64,000 nt of DNA, taken from IMG/VR virus record IMGVR_UViG_3300001528_000699, positions 35,508 to 99,507 of that record; one strand, written 5' to 3'. The position numbers and the translations under genes were made by a program. This stretch comes from a virus (taxonomy: Duplodnaviria > Caudoviricetes). Positions 8,708-17,634 of this stretch are shown here, one piece after another; the first letter of the stretch is position 1; the number at the start of each line of letters is the position of its first letter. The notes under the pieces are model-generated. The model was given only the letters and a program-made list of their open reading frames with translations, was not told the DNA's origin and ran no database searches.

Positions 8708-9193
8708 TTATTTGATTCTTTTATTTTTCTTTAACCCGTAAATGGCAACGTATTCCTCGTCTTTTTCCGTTTTGGCGTTTATTCTCAACCATCTTGTCAA
8801 GGATAAAACACCTTTCTTGTCTTCTATTATCACGCTCCCGTTTCCAAGTATCTCGTAATAGCAAGTATCCGTTTGTGTCACCCACGTTTTAGGGTTCATG
8901 AACTCGCCTATGAAATGACCTTTCCCGTCAAGAATACCAGATTCAAGATAGGTGAGTCCGAAAACAGCCAGCTCGGTTGTTAAACTTGCTCTTTGCGTTC
9001 CGTTAGGAAGAGTGTTTACTCTTAAATACCCGGTCCAAACCCCTTCATCGAAAATAAAGGAATTATCACTATCTCCCGGTAGGCATTTACCCACCATCGT
9101 GATATCGTACCTACCTTCACTTAATTTTGAATTATCACATGCCGCGAATAACATCACGGCTAAGAACGCTAGTAAAATGTTAATTGTTTTCAT
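8708..9193 (-). CDS. Lipoprotein
   Basis: Signal peptide with lipobox LFAA-C. Confidence 0.8.
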   Translation of the reverse strand: MKTINILLAFLAVMLFAACDNSKLSEGRYDITMVGKCLPGDSDNSFIFDEGVWTGYLRVNTLPNGTQRASLTTELAVFGLTYLESGILDGKGHFIGEFMNPKTWVTQTDTCYYEILGNGSVIIEDKKGVLSLTRWLRINAKTEKDEEYVAIYGLKKNKRIK

Positions 9194-9242
9194 AATTCTC
9201 TTGTTTTTAAAATATTAATAATTTTGTTCTGTTTCAACGATG

Positions 9243-9274
9243 TAAAGATACACGTTGTTTATTTATCATCCAAA
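9243..9274 (-). promoter_or_regulatory. Promoter of lipoprotein/antirepressor operon
   Basis: TTTG-N20-TATCTTTA on minus strand. Confidence 0.75.
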
Positions 9275-9290
9275 TGTTTTCGGAGAAAAG

Positions 9291-9418
9291 TTTGATGGAT
9301 AAGATCTATCAAATCAAATTGGATGTAACGGTAAAACACCCTTCGCATTGATTACAAGGATGTTTTACCACATTGAGAGTTTATTCCCATTTTGGAATAA
9401 ACTCTCATAATCAATGTG
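9291..9418. repeat. Three tandem inverted repeats
   Basis: 9291-9313; 9330-9369; perfect 14-bp TGAGAGTTTATTCC/GGAATAAACTCTCA at 9374-9407. Confidence 0.8.
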
Positions 9419-9424
9419 TTCATA

Positions 9425-9736
9425 TTACTTTTCTTCACTCTCATCCTTTCTTCTTCTTTTCCTTTTAGGACACAGTACATCTTGGATCTCATCTATCTCT
9501 TTCTTGATCTTTTTGGCTTGGAGAGATAGGGTTCTTACCTGTTCATTTATCTCGTCTATCTCTTTTTTGCGCTTGTTGTATGCTTCTCTTAAAGTAATCG
9601 TTTCCTCGCATTGATCAAGAGCGGCGGATTCAAGGGCGGCATCACGAACCATTTCAGTTAAATTTTTGTATTGCCTGATTTTCCTTCCCAATTTTTCCTG
9701 TAATTTTAATTTCTCATCATCTTGTAAAGTGTTCAT
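9425..9736 (-). CDS. Coiled-coil protein
   Basis: Heptad K/E-rich sequence, basic tail. Confidence 0.7.
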   Translation of the reverse strand: MNTLQDDEKLKLQEKLGRKIRQYKNLTEMVRDAALESAALDQCEETITLREAYNKRKKEIDEINEQVRTLSLQAKKIKKEIDEIQDVLCPKRKRRRKDESEEK

Positions 9737-10304
9737 AATCTAATAATTTATCGGTTACATATAATATATTTGTTCTGTTTGTCGGCTTGATATTGATCAA
9801 ACCTTTATTGTATAATTTGTTGATATTTATTCTCATTGAATTTCTACTGACCATTCCTAACTTACCGGCTATAGTTTCATTCGCCCAATTAAATTCCTTT
9901 CTGTCATAAAAATAGGATACAACCAGCGCGATGACATATAGCTGTGTAAAATTTAATTTATGGACTTTGTTTAGCGAGAATAACCAAGTTGGGAATGATA
10001 AATAGGTTTCATTGTTTTCGGCGATAAGCGTTTTTCTTAGCAGCCATTTATCGTTTTCCATTTGAAATTTCCTCGATTCATTATCCCAGAAAAGAATGTC
10101 GTTATATTTTTTGATTAAAATATTTAATTGCGGATATGAATACACAGATAATTTAGAGTACTGAAGAAGAAAATCACGCCTACTTTTTACTTTTATCTCG
10201 GTTTGAAGGGTAAGGATTGATGATATAAAGAACTCGCCTTCCAGCGTTAGCCCTAACTTTGAATAGTCATAATTATAAATAAGAATATTTCTTCCTTTTT
10301 TCAT
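9717..10304 (-). CDS. Winged-helix DNA-binding protein, possible replication initiator
   Basis: C-terminal WANETIAGKLG..SRNSMRININKLYNKGLI (HTH_36-like); next to iteron array. Confidence 0.6.
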   Translation of the reverse strand: MKKGRNILIYNYDYSKLGLTLEGEFFISSILTLQTEIKVKSRRDFLLQYSKLSVYSYPQLNILIKKYNDILFWDNESRKFQMENDKWLLRKTLIAENNETYLSFPTWLFSLNKVHKLNFTQLYVIALVVSYFYDRKEFNWANETIAGKLGMVSRNSMRININKLYNKGLINIKPTNRTNILYVTDKLLDYEHFTR

Positions 10305-10309
10305 AAGAG

Positions 10310-10402
10310 TGTCAAGTTAAATCTAATCGAATTTTGGAAATGGCAACATCCAGCGATTAGAAGGCTGACAAAACCTATGAAACCAGAAATTGCCATTTCC
10401 AA
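10310..10402 (-). promoter_or_regulatory. Structured 5' leader (A-B-A'-B')
   Basis: Perfect 13-bp TTGGAAATGGCAA inverted repeat (10334-10346 / 10390-10402) interleaved with 10310-10329 / 10354-10370. Confidence 0.7.
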
Positions 10403-10405
10403 CTG

Positions 10406-10437
10406 TAAAAATACGATGAAATTTTTGGATAAACAAC
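10406..10437 (-). promoter_or_regulatory. Promoter of wHTH gene
   Basis: GTTG-N20-TATTTTTA on minus strand. Confidence 0.6.
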
Positions 10438-10439
10438 AA

Positions 10440-11100
10440 ATATACAAAGTTTATTTAGAAAATCGCTCCAAAATGACCGAGTAAAAAGGTTGTACATATA
10501 AATATTGGGTAAAAAAGTCACCACAGCAATCCCAAAAATGACCGAACAAAAACAAGAAATTTAAATGGTATAAAAATGATCCCACAAAAATTGTACATAT
10601 AAATATGGTATAAAAATGATCCCACAAACTATAGGAAAATGGTATAAAAATGATCCCACAAATGGTATAAAAATGATCCCCAATAAAGATAATATCGGTA
10701 TTTATAAAGATATTCGGATATTCAATAAATTGAATATCCTATTTAAAACGAAGTAAAGATATTCACGGATTCGACATGTTCGAACCCGGTTCCGGATGAA
10801 CCCGTTCCGGGTGATTTCATCACCCTAAAACGGATCCCCTCGGCATAGGGGTGGGGTGGTCACCCTTCAGGCGGACTCACCCGCACCCTGACGCCTCACG
10901 GTCTGGGAAAATTAGAGGGATAAGGAAGGGGAAGGAACAAAAATTAGAACCTCCTAATTAAAGGATGAAATAAGAGGATCTGTAATTAAAAATCAAAAAG
11001 GGTGGGGTGGTCACGAGTCTGAAAATTCTTTAAAAAGTCTTACGAAAATTTTTAACCATCAAAACCGGGTTTTCTGGTACTGATACAATCGGATCTCGAA
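10440..11100. other. Non-coding control locus, candidate replication origin
   Basis: Iterons, AT-rich TAAAGATA repeats, hairpins (GGATATTCAAT/ATTGAATATCC; GGGTGAT/ATCACCC), GGGTGGGGTGGTCAC x2; lies between divergent transcription units. Confidence 0.55.
10565..10680 (+). repeat. Four direct 19-bp iteron-like repeats
   Basis: ATGGTATAAAAATGATCCC at 10565, 10605, 10639, 10662; degenerate AAAATGACCGA copies and TTGTACATATAAATAT x2 nearby. Confidence 0.9.
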
Positions 11101-11102
11101 TT

Positions 11103-11133
11103 TTTGAGTTATAGAAAATAATCCGTATCTTTA
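11103..11133 (+). promoter_or_regulatory. Promoter of head module
   Basis: TTTG-N19-TATCTTTA. Confidence 0.7.
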
Positions 11134-11191
11134 TCACGATTATATCACCCTTCAAGAAAACGGGGTGTTGGTTAGAATAAAAAGAGAGAAT

Positions 11192-11749
11192 ATGATACTT
11201 TATAAATTTTTGAACGCTGATGAAACGGCGACCGCCAAGTACGTGACGGATTCCTTCTATGACGTGAACGAGAAAAAATCGTTAAAGCAATTTTACGTTA
11301 CGGAATTGAGAGAGGTATCTTCCGAGATCGTTAAAGCGGGTATCAATATCGAGATCGGGATGTATCATGAAGCACAGCTAATCGCCATGGCGAAAAAAGC
11401 TGGATTGACGCTGGAGAAATGGTCTGATAACACTTTCGTTGAAACGTTGGTGGTTATTCCCACTCAAAAGAACATGACTTTCACATCACCCACCGGGAAT
11501 ATCAAACAGGGAGCCGCTTTGAACTTCGCTTGGACGGCGGTTGCTAACGCTAAATTCTACGAGGTGTTCGTTTACCCGGATGGTTCAACTTACGATATAC
11601 TGAACCCTACTTTCACTGTAGAGGAAGGACCTATCGCTTCAACGAACACTTACCCGTTAGGAAAGATCAATTACGTGGTGCTGGTTCACCTGGAAAACGG
11701 GAACGTGGAGAAGAGTCAAGTCGCTTCATTCACTTCAACGGCAGCCTAA
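11192..11749 (+). CDS. Putative capsid decoration protein with C-terminal FN3/Ig-like domain
   Basis: LNFAWTAVANAKFYEVFVY FN3-like motif; N-domain similar to that of 22412 gene. Confidence 0.55.
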   Translation: MILYKFLNADETATAKYVTDSFYDVNEKKSLKQFYVTELREVSSEIVKAGINIEIGMYHEAQLIAMAKKAGLTLEKWSDNTFVETLVVIPTQKNMTFTSPTGNIKQGAALNFAWTAVANAKFYEVFVYPDGSTYDILNPTFTVEEGPIASTNTYPLGKINYVVLVHLENGNVEKSQVASFTSTAA

Positions 11750-11808
11750 TAAAATATATCGGACCCGGAATCAATCCGGGTTCATCTTTCATTAAACAAT
11801 AAAACGAG

Positions 11809-13542
11809 ATGAGTAGAAAGGTAAGAAATAACAATTCGGCGAGGGAACAATCCACGGGTTACGACAAGGTGATAAAGAGCATCGCCTCCATGTCATTCTC
11901 GGAGCTCAACTCGCTAGGCGAGGCTATCCCTACCATCTTGAACTCGAAATTACAGGCTTCACTCGCATCGGATGACGTGGAGAAGGCGATAGAGGCTGGG
12001 CTGTACGTGGAGAAACAACGTATCAGATCCACCGAGCAGAACAAATCCATTTTCTTCCTACCCGATAGCATCGCTTATTCGGGGCGTGGGTACAAGGAAA
12101 CTCTGAGCAGGATATCGTTTCAGACCCTTCAGAGGATGGGTAACCTCTATTGCGTGAAAAATGTCATATCAACCCGCATCGAGCAGATAACTCGTTTCCT
12201 GAAATTTTCTAACGATGAACAGAAGGAAGGGTTCACCATTCGAAAGAAGAAATCCTTGTTCGATTCGGGAGAGGATCGAGGGAAAATGACCAAAGGCGAG
12301 AGAAAAAGGGTAGAGAGAATAGTTAACTTCCTAGAGAACGGGGGAGAGACGGATAAGTGGGAGATGGCGGATTCCTTCGTTACCTTCGTGAGAAAGATCA
12401 TGCAGGATTCACTCTCCATCGATCAGCTCGCTTTCGAGATAACCAGAACGAGGGGTCAGGAGCTTCATCAATTCAAAGCGATAGACGGGAGCATGATACG
12501 GTTCCTCGATACCATCGACCCTAATTACGCTTCGCAATTCGAGAGGTACAGGTATAAAGGTTATCTCCCCAAATACTGTCAAGTTTTCGACCAGCAAATC
12601 GTTTTCAACAAGCAACTCGGTACTTACGTGATGTACTATCCGTGGGAGCTTGGGTTCGGGGTGAGAAACGTTGGAACGGATATTTGGCAGAACGGGTACG
12701 GGAGAAGCGAGCTTGAATCATTGATAGAGATAATTACCTATATCCTTAACGGGGTACAGTATAACGGTAACTTCTTCAAGAACGGGTCAAACCCGAAAGG
12801 GTTCGTTAATATAAAAAACATGAATACGAACTCGACGGCGTTAAACGATTTCAAACAGAAGTGGAGACAGATGCTTACGGGTACTGAAAACGCTTGGAAA
12901 TTGCCTGTTTTCTCAGGGTTGGACGTGGAGTGGATTCCGATTGGTGTCAATAACAAGGACATGGAGTTTGATAACTGGACCAAGTTCTTGATAGTTCTCC
13001 TATGCTCCGTTTACCGGATAGACCCGAGCGAGCTGGGATTCCAGTTCAAGGAAGCAGCTAACGTGTTCGGGCAGGACGGTCAGAAAGCTCGGTTGGATCA
13101 CAGCCGCCAGAAAGGTTTGTACCCACTCCTAATATTCCTTCAGGATATCATTAACAAGTTTATCGTGTCCGAGCTCGACGAGGAGATGGAGTTCGCGTTT
13201 ACTGGGATAGAGGTGGAGGACGAGGAGAAACAGGTTAAACTTGACGCTGATAAACTTTCAGCCGGTATGGTATCCATGCAAGACATGTTCAGAAAATACT
13301 CGGGGAGGGAGTTCGATGAGAACAAGGACATAATCCTCAACCAGGTGTACCAAACCCAGAAGCAAATGTCGATGTACGGTGGCGAGGGGATGAACCAGGT
13401 TGTTGACGAGCAAACGGGCGAACCTGAAGCGGGAGTTCCGAATCCCTTCGAGGAGATGGAGAGGAGCATGACCTCTAACCCTATTTTCGAGAAGGCTTGC
13501 GAGTTCATAGATAAAAGTTTCAACGATGACAACGAGGGATAG
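11809..13542 (+). CDS. Portal protein
   Basis: NGYGRSELE, YNGNFFKNGSNPKG, KDMEF..W, YRIDPSELGF; Herelleviridae-like portal. Confidence 0.93.
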   Translation: MSRKVRNNNSAREQSTGYDKVIKSIASMSFSELNSLGEAIPTILNSKLQASLASDDVEKAIEAGLYVEKQRIRSTEQNKSIFFLPDSIAYSGRGYKETLSRISFQTLQRMGNLYCVKNVISTRIEQITRFLKFSNDEQKEGFTIRKKKSLFDSGEDRGKMTKGERKRVERIVNFLENGGETDKWEMADSFVTFVRKIMQDSLSIDQLAFEITRTRGQELHQFKAIDGSMIRFLDTIDPNYASQFERYRYKGYLPKYCQVFDQQIVFNKQLGTYVMYYPWELGFGVRNVGTDIWQNGYGRSELESLIEIITYILNGVQYNGNFFKNGSNPKGFVNIKNMNTNSTALNDFKQKWRQMLTGTENAWKLPVFSGLDVEWIPIGVNNKDMEFDNWTKFLIVLLCSVYRIDPSELGFQFKEAANVFGQDGQKARLDHSRQKGLYPLLIFLQDIINKFIVSELDEEMEFAFTGIEVEDEEKQVKLDADKLSAGMVSMQDMFRKYSGREFDENKDIILNQVYQTQKQMSMYGGEGMNQVVDEQTGEPEAGVPNPFEEMERSMTSNPIFEKACEFIDKSFNDDNEG

Positions 13543-13864
13543 AAATTACAAGGGGTTGATCATCGTGCTGGCGTTCTTGTTAGCGGCGTTGTTCATATAC
13601 GTTAACAGACCGGAGGTTATCGAGGACAAGAAGGAGAGGGATGAAAGGGATAAGAAAGTCATCGATTCGCTTGGTAAGGTTAACGAGGAATTGTTGAAAC
13701 TTATCGAGGATCAAAGAAGGCGAGAGGATGAAGCCCATGAGAAGTTCAAGAAGGAAACCGAGAAAATGAAAAAGGAGTATGATAAGAAAATTCGTGATCT
13801 CAGCGATCTTAGCTCTGACGAGCACGTTCGCTTTCTCGCAAGAGAGTTATCCGAGAAAGATTAA
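13526..13864 (+). CDS. Spanin-like protein (N-terminal TM + coiled coil)
   Basis: TM helix then charged helix; overlaps next gene. Confidence 0.55.
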   Translation: MTTRDRNYKGLIIVLAFLLAALFIYVNRPEVIEDKKERDERDKKVIDSLGKVNEELLKLIEDQRRREDEAHEKFKKETEKMKKEYDKKIRDLSDLSSDEHVRFLARELSEKD

Positions 13865-14198
13865 GCTGGATGGTGATACTTGCGTGGTGATATCTGTTCC
13901 GCAGCTAAAAGCGATAAACTCACGGTTAGTTGAGAGACGGTATCTGAAAGCGGCGATCGATAGCTTGAGCGTTTACACCTCTAATCTGAATTCTTTTATC
14001 GAGGAGAAGAACAAGCAGATAGATAGTTTGGCCGTTTTGGCTTCGAATTATCGGTTTAGACTGCAAAACGAGATGGTTTTGAATTCTAAATACAGGGAAA
14101 AAAATATCGAGCTTAAAACAAATATAAAACGGAAAAAACGAAATTTTTGGATCGCGATCGGATTAGGGTTTTTTACCGGTTTTTTACTGGCGAGATAG
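13779..14198 (+). CDS. Secreted coiled-coil protein with C-terminal TM, spanin-like partner
   Basis: Signal peptide ending AFS-Q (Bacteroidota Q-rule); C-terminal FWIAIGLGFFTGFLLA. Confidence 0.55.
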   Translation: MIRKFVISAILALTSTFAFSQESYPRKIKLDGDTCVVISVPQLKAINSRLVERRYLKAAIDSLSVYTSNLNSFIEEKNKQIDSLAVLASNYRFRLQNEMVLNSKYREKNIELKTNIKRKKRNFWIAIGLGFFTGFLLAR

Positions 14199-14229
14199 TT
14201 GGAAAGAATAAACAAAGTTTATATTTTTA
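14198..14229 (+). promoter_or_regulatory. Promoter
   Basis: GTTG-N20-TATTTTTA. Confidence 0.55.
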
Positions 14230-14256
14230 GATCAGAAAAATAAAATAAAAATTGTT

Positions 14257-14736
14257 ATGGGATTTATAGAAGAACAAATACAGAAAAATATAGCGAATCG
14301 AGTTGCTATTGAGAAAGCGACGGGTAAAGAATTTACCGAATCCGATTGCTTGGATTTATTGGAGAAAGCTGGAAAAGCTGCTCAAATGGGTGAGGTTCGT
14401 ACATGGAACGGAAAAGAATACATCAAGACACCAAAGGGATGGAGACCGAAACCGAAAGGTTACAAGGAAGGTGAGAAGAAACAGGAAGTTACCGAAGCTG
14501 GAAACCCGGTTGGAAAACCTGAATCAGTGACATCTAAAAAAGTGACTGATGGATTTAAGGTTGGTGATCGAGTTATGTATCAAGGTAAGCTCATGGAATT
14601 GACTCGTATTAGCAAGGATGGTCGGTTCCAAAATGGTATCGAGATGAAATTCGTGAATGAAGGTGATTCAACACCAACCGGTAGTAAAACATTACAGGGT
14701 AATATGATGTACGCTAAACCTGTCAAGGAAAAATAA
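14257..14736 (+). CDS. Putative internal head protein with GExRxW module and SH3-like tail
   Basis: LEKA...GEVRTWNGKEYIKTPKGWRP; FKVGDRVMYQG. Confidence 0.65.
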   Translation: MGFIEEQIQKNIANRVAIEKATGKEFTESDCLDLLEKAGKAAQMGEVRTWNGKEYIKTPKGWRPKPKGYKEGEKKQEVTEAGNPVGKPESVTSKKVTDGFKVGDRVMYQGKLMELTRISKDGRFQNGIEMKFVNEGDSTPTGSKTLQGNMMYAKPVKEK

Positions 14737-14745
14737 TTATATATT

Positions 14746-14949
14746 ATGAATAAGAAAATATCCGGTATAGATATTAAGACTGTTAGACCGGTCGTTAAAA
14801 AGGAAAAGGCGGGGGTTAAAGACCCCGTCCGCTTTCCTGATGTCATAAACGGGTACGAGAACGAGAGCAAGAGGCTGTTCAACGAGGAGTTGAACCTTCT
14901 GTTCGCTGACGTGGTGAAAAAGATGGTTGGTATTATAAAGGATAAGTGA
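14746..14949 (+). CDS. Hypothetical protein
   Basis: ORF in operon. Confidence 0.6.
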   Translation: MNKKISGIDIKTVRPVVKKEKAGVKDPVRFPDVINGYENESKRLFNEELNLLFADVVKKMVGIIKDK

Positions 14950-15524
14950 TGGAAAATCTTGATATAAAAGCGTTGGATGTTATCGAGAAATCCGGTAAAC
15001 CGGCGCAGATAGGTGAAATCCGTGTTTGGAACGGAAAGCGGTATCACAAAACCCCTAAAGGCTGGCGACCGGTTCCAAAAGGTTATCGTGAAAACAAGCA
15101 AGATCCGGCGAAGATCAAATATCAAAACAAAGACGAAAGCTATAAACCGAAAGCCACCCATATCTGGGTCGATGGATTGAAGGATAATAGAGAGAAAGCC
15201 CTTCGCGTTATGCAAGCGATGAAGGATATTCAAGGTGGTTACGCTCAAGGAACTTTAACCAATCCATCTGAACTCGCTAGCTCTTATGTTAAGAAAAACG
15301 ATGGAGGAAGATGGATAAGTGATAATAACGGTGATAAAACGTTAATACAAGCTGTTCTCACTGGCGATGAGGTTGATTATAACGATGGATGGTATATCGT
15401 TGAAACGGACGGCGATGTTTTATACGTTGATGTGACCGGACAAGCTATGAATGAGAACCCGGATGATTACAAGAATATGGAATACGTTACCAGTGAGGGA
15501 TTGGAGTCCGGGAAAGAAGAATAA
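14946..15524 (+). CDS. Putative internal head protein with GExRxW module
   Basis: IEKS...GEIRVWNGKRYHKTPKGWRP followed by an unrelated domain. Confidence 0.65.
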   Translation: MMENLDIKALDVIEKSGKPAQIGEIRVWNGKRYHKTPKGWRPVPKGYRENKQDPAKIKYQNKDESYKPKATHIWVDGLKDNREKALRVMQAMKDIQGGYAQGTLTNPSELASSYVKKNDGGRWISDNNGDKTLIQAVLTGDEVDYNDGWYIVETDGDVLYVDVTGQAMNENPDDYKNMEYVTSEGLESGKEE

Positions 15525-15535
15525 AATAATTAATC

Positions 15536-17572
15536 ATGTTATTCAACAACGAGCAAATACAGGATATACTTGAATTGGTGGATTTCAGGTTCGCTGATCT
15601 GGTGTGGAAGATATTCGGACCATCTCATTTAACCTCGCAGGACAAGGAGAAGTTGAGAAAGTTCGGGGTGAACCCGTCATCGCTCGTTAAAAAAATACCG
15701 CCCTATTGGGCTAACTGGATGTTTGGCCTTCTATCAGGAAAATTGAATGATTACCAAACCAAGCAAATAACGTACAAGGATCTTCTCGAATATCTCGGAA
15801 GAAGGCAATACGAGACACCATCTAAAAGGGAGATAGAATCGTACGAGGTGGCCTGCAATCGCACGTACGGTTATTTGAAAGGGTTGGGTGATAAGATGAA
15901 GAAGGATATAACGAGTTACATATCTGATACCGAACTTCAAACTAGGATGGAGCAGGATCGTGTCATAAAGGAGGGGATAAAAAGAGGTATCTTGGAAAGG
16001 GATACGACAAAACTCATAGCTTCTAAAATAAGTAACCAGTTGGATGACTGGTCAAGGGATTGGAACAGGATAGTGGAGACGGAGTATCAGGGCGTTTTTA
16101 ACATGGGTAGGGTACAATCCTACATGAGAGAAGGAGACGGAGAGAATACGCTAATTTATTTCGACGTGTTTCCTGGCGCATGTTTTCCAACCTCTGATAC
16201 AGAATTTTTAACGGATGAGGGGTTTAAATTGTTAAAAGATATTAGGGGGGATGAAAAAGTTGCGTCATTTAATATTGAAACGAATACCTTGGAATATACT
16301 GAAATTGAAAGTAAAATTCAATATTGGTATGAGGGCGTGATGAATGAATATAAGCATCATTCCCTTGATATGATCTGCACCCCTAATCATAAACAATTAA
16401 TTGGGATAGATTACCACCCCAAAGAAGGTGTTTACACAAAAAATCAATTAATTGATAGTTCGGAAGTTCCTTCCTTAACAAAACGGGCATATATGTATTA
16501 TACCGTTGATAATTGGGTTGGGCATGATGATGAAAAAATTGAAATTGCAGGGAAAAGGTTTGATACAAAGCCTTTTGTGAAAATGATGGGTTGGTATTTA
16601 TCGGAAGGTTCAGTGGTTCCAAGAAAAAGTGACAAGAATGGTCATTATAATTCAACTCAGTTATGCATTTCGCAATCAAAAGTTAGTAATTTTGATGAAA
16701 TCAAGGATTGCCTAGATAAAACATTTTGCCAAAAAGTGTATTACAGTTCGTCTCGGAATAATATTGATGGTCATTTTGTCGTATTGTTGGATAAATCCTA
16801 TGATCCGTTCGTTAAGTGGTTAAAATCATTAGGTGATAGAGCGCATACGAAAACAATTCCAAAAGAAATAAAATTATTATCGAAAAAATATCTTTTTGAA
16901 TTTCTGCTATCTTATTGGAAAGGAGATGGTTTCGGTAGGGGTGGGACTTTTATGGATGGAAATCGTCATATTGTTACGTCATCAAAGCAAATGGCGGATG
17001 ATTTATCGGAGATAATTTTAAAGTGTGGTTACCGACCTTCATTAAAAATTATCGATAAGAGGGGTGTAACAACATTTTCAAAGAAAAGAAATAAGTCGTT
17101 TACCACCAGGCACCTGATTTATAAAGTGGGTATTTTGATAAGTAAACATTTTAATTCAATATATAAACATTTTAATGTGATTGATAATTGGAAAGGCGAG
17201 GTTGGTTGTTTGCAATTAAAAAAGAATTCGACATTATATATAAGGAGAAGTGGCCAATCAATTTGGAGCGGGAATTGTAGGCATTGTATAAGGTTATACT
17301 TAACCGGTGGAATAGGTAGCGAACCTAAATTGTTCACTATCAAGGAATTGATGGGAAACGGAACTAATATAGGTAGAAAGGTAAATGATTGGAAACCAAC
17401 GGTTATAACCAGTATTCACCCCTTCTGTAGGTGCTTGGCTCGCAGGTATATGAAAGGCGATGTCTGGGACAAGGAAACGAGATCATTCAAGCAACCTGAA
17501 CATTACGAGAGAAAGGTGGCACCTAAAGTGAAAGTCAGAATACAGGTAGGTGATAAAGTTTTCAACGTTTAA
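15536..17572 (+). CDS. MuF/SPP1 gp7-like head morphogenesis protein containing an intein
   Basis: WNRIVETE, CRHC and HPFCRC MuF motifs flank the insertion. Confidence 0.85.
   Translation: MLFNNEQIQDILELVDFRFADLVWKIFGPSHLTSQDKEKLRKFGVNPSSLVKKIPPYWANWMFGLLSGKLNDYQTKQITYKDLLEYLGRRQYETPSKREIESYEVACNRTYGYLKGLGDKMKKDITSYISDTELQTRMEQDRVIKEGIKRGILERDTTKLIASKISNQLDDWSRDWNRIVETEYQGVFNMGRVQSYMREGDGENTLIYFDVFPGACFPTSDTEFLTDEGFKLLKDIRGDEKVASFNIETNTLEYTEIESKIQYWYEGVMNEYKHHSLDMICTPNHKQLIGIDYHPKEGVYTKNQLIDSSEVPSLTKRAYMYYTVDNWVGHDDEKIEIAGKRFDTKPFVKMMGWYLSEGSVVPRKSDKNGHYNSTQLCISQSKVSNFDEIKDCLDKTFCQKVYYSSSRNNIDGHFVVLLDKSYDPFVKWLKSLGDRAHTKTIPKEIKLLSKKYLFEFLLSYWKGDGFGRGGTFMDGNRHIVTSSKQMADDLSEIILKCGYRPSLKIIDKRGVTTFSKKRNKSFTTRHLIYKVGILISKHFNSIYKHFNVIDNWKGEVGCLQLKKNSTLYIRRSGQSIWSGNCRHCIRLYLTGGIGSEPKLFTIKELMGNGTNIGRKVNDWKPTVITSIHPFCRCLARRYMKGDVWDKETRSFKQPEHYERKVAPKVKVRIQVGDKVFNV
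16181..17275 (+). mobile_element. Intein (365 aa) with LAGLIDADG-type homing endonuclease
   Basis: Starts CFPTSDTEFLT; block B CTPNH; GWYLSEG and SYWKGDG motifs; ends WSGN before +1 Cys; AT-rich. Confidence 0.9.
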
Positions 17573-17573
17573 A

Positions 17574-17605
17574 ATTGTTTAAACCGAAATAAAGACTTAT
17601 TTTTA
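17574..17605 (+). promoter_or_regulatory. Promoter
   Basis: ATTG-N20-TATTTTTA. Confidence 0.55.
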
Positions 17606-17634
17606 TCCGAAATTAGTGATAAAATAGAAATATA

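Noticed and set aside
10565-10680. CRISPR-like array
   Set aside because: Repeats are 19 bp with 21, 15 and 4 nt gaps that are partly repetitive; no cas genes; better read as iterons
10673-10756. Short ORF MIPNKDNIG... after the iterons
   Set aside because: 27 codons arising from repeat and AT-rich sequence; no independent support
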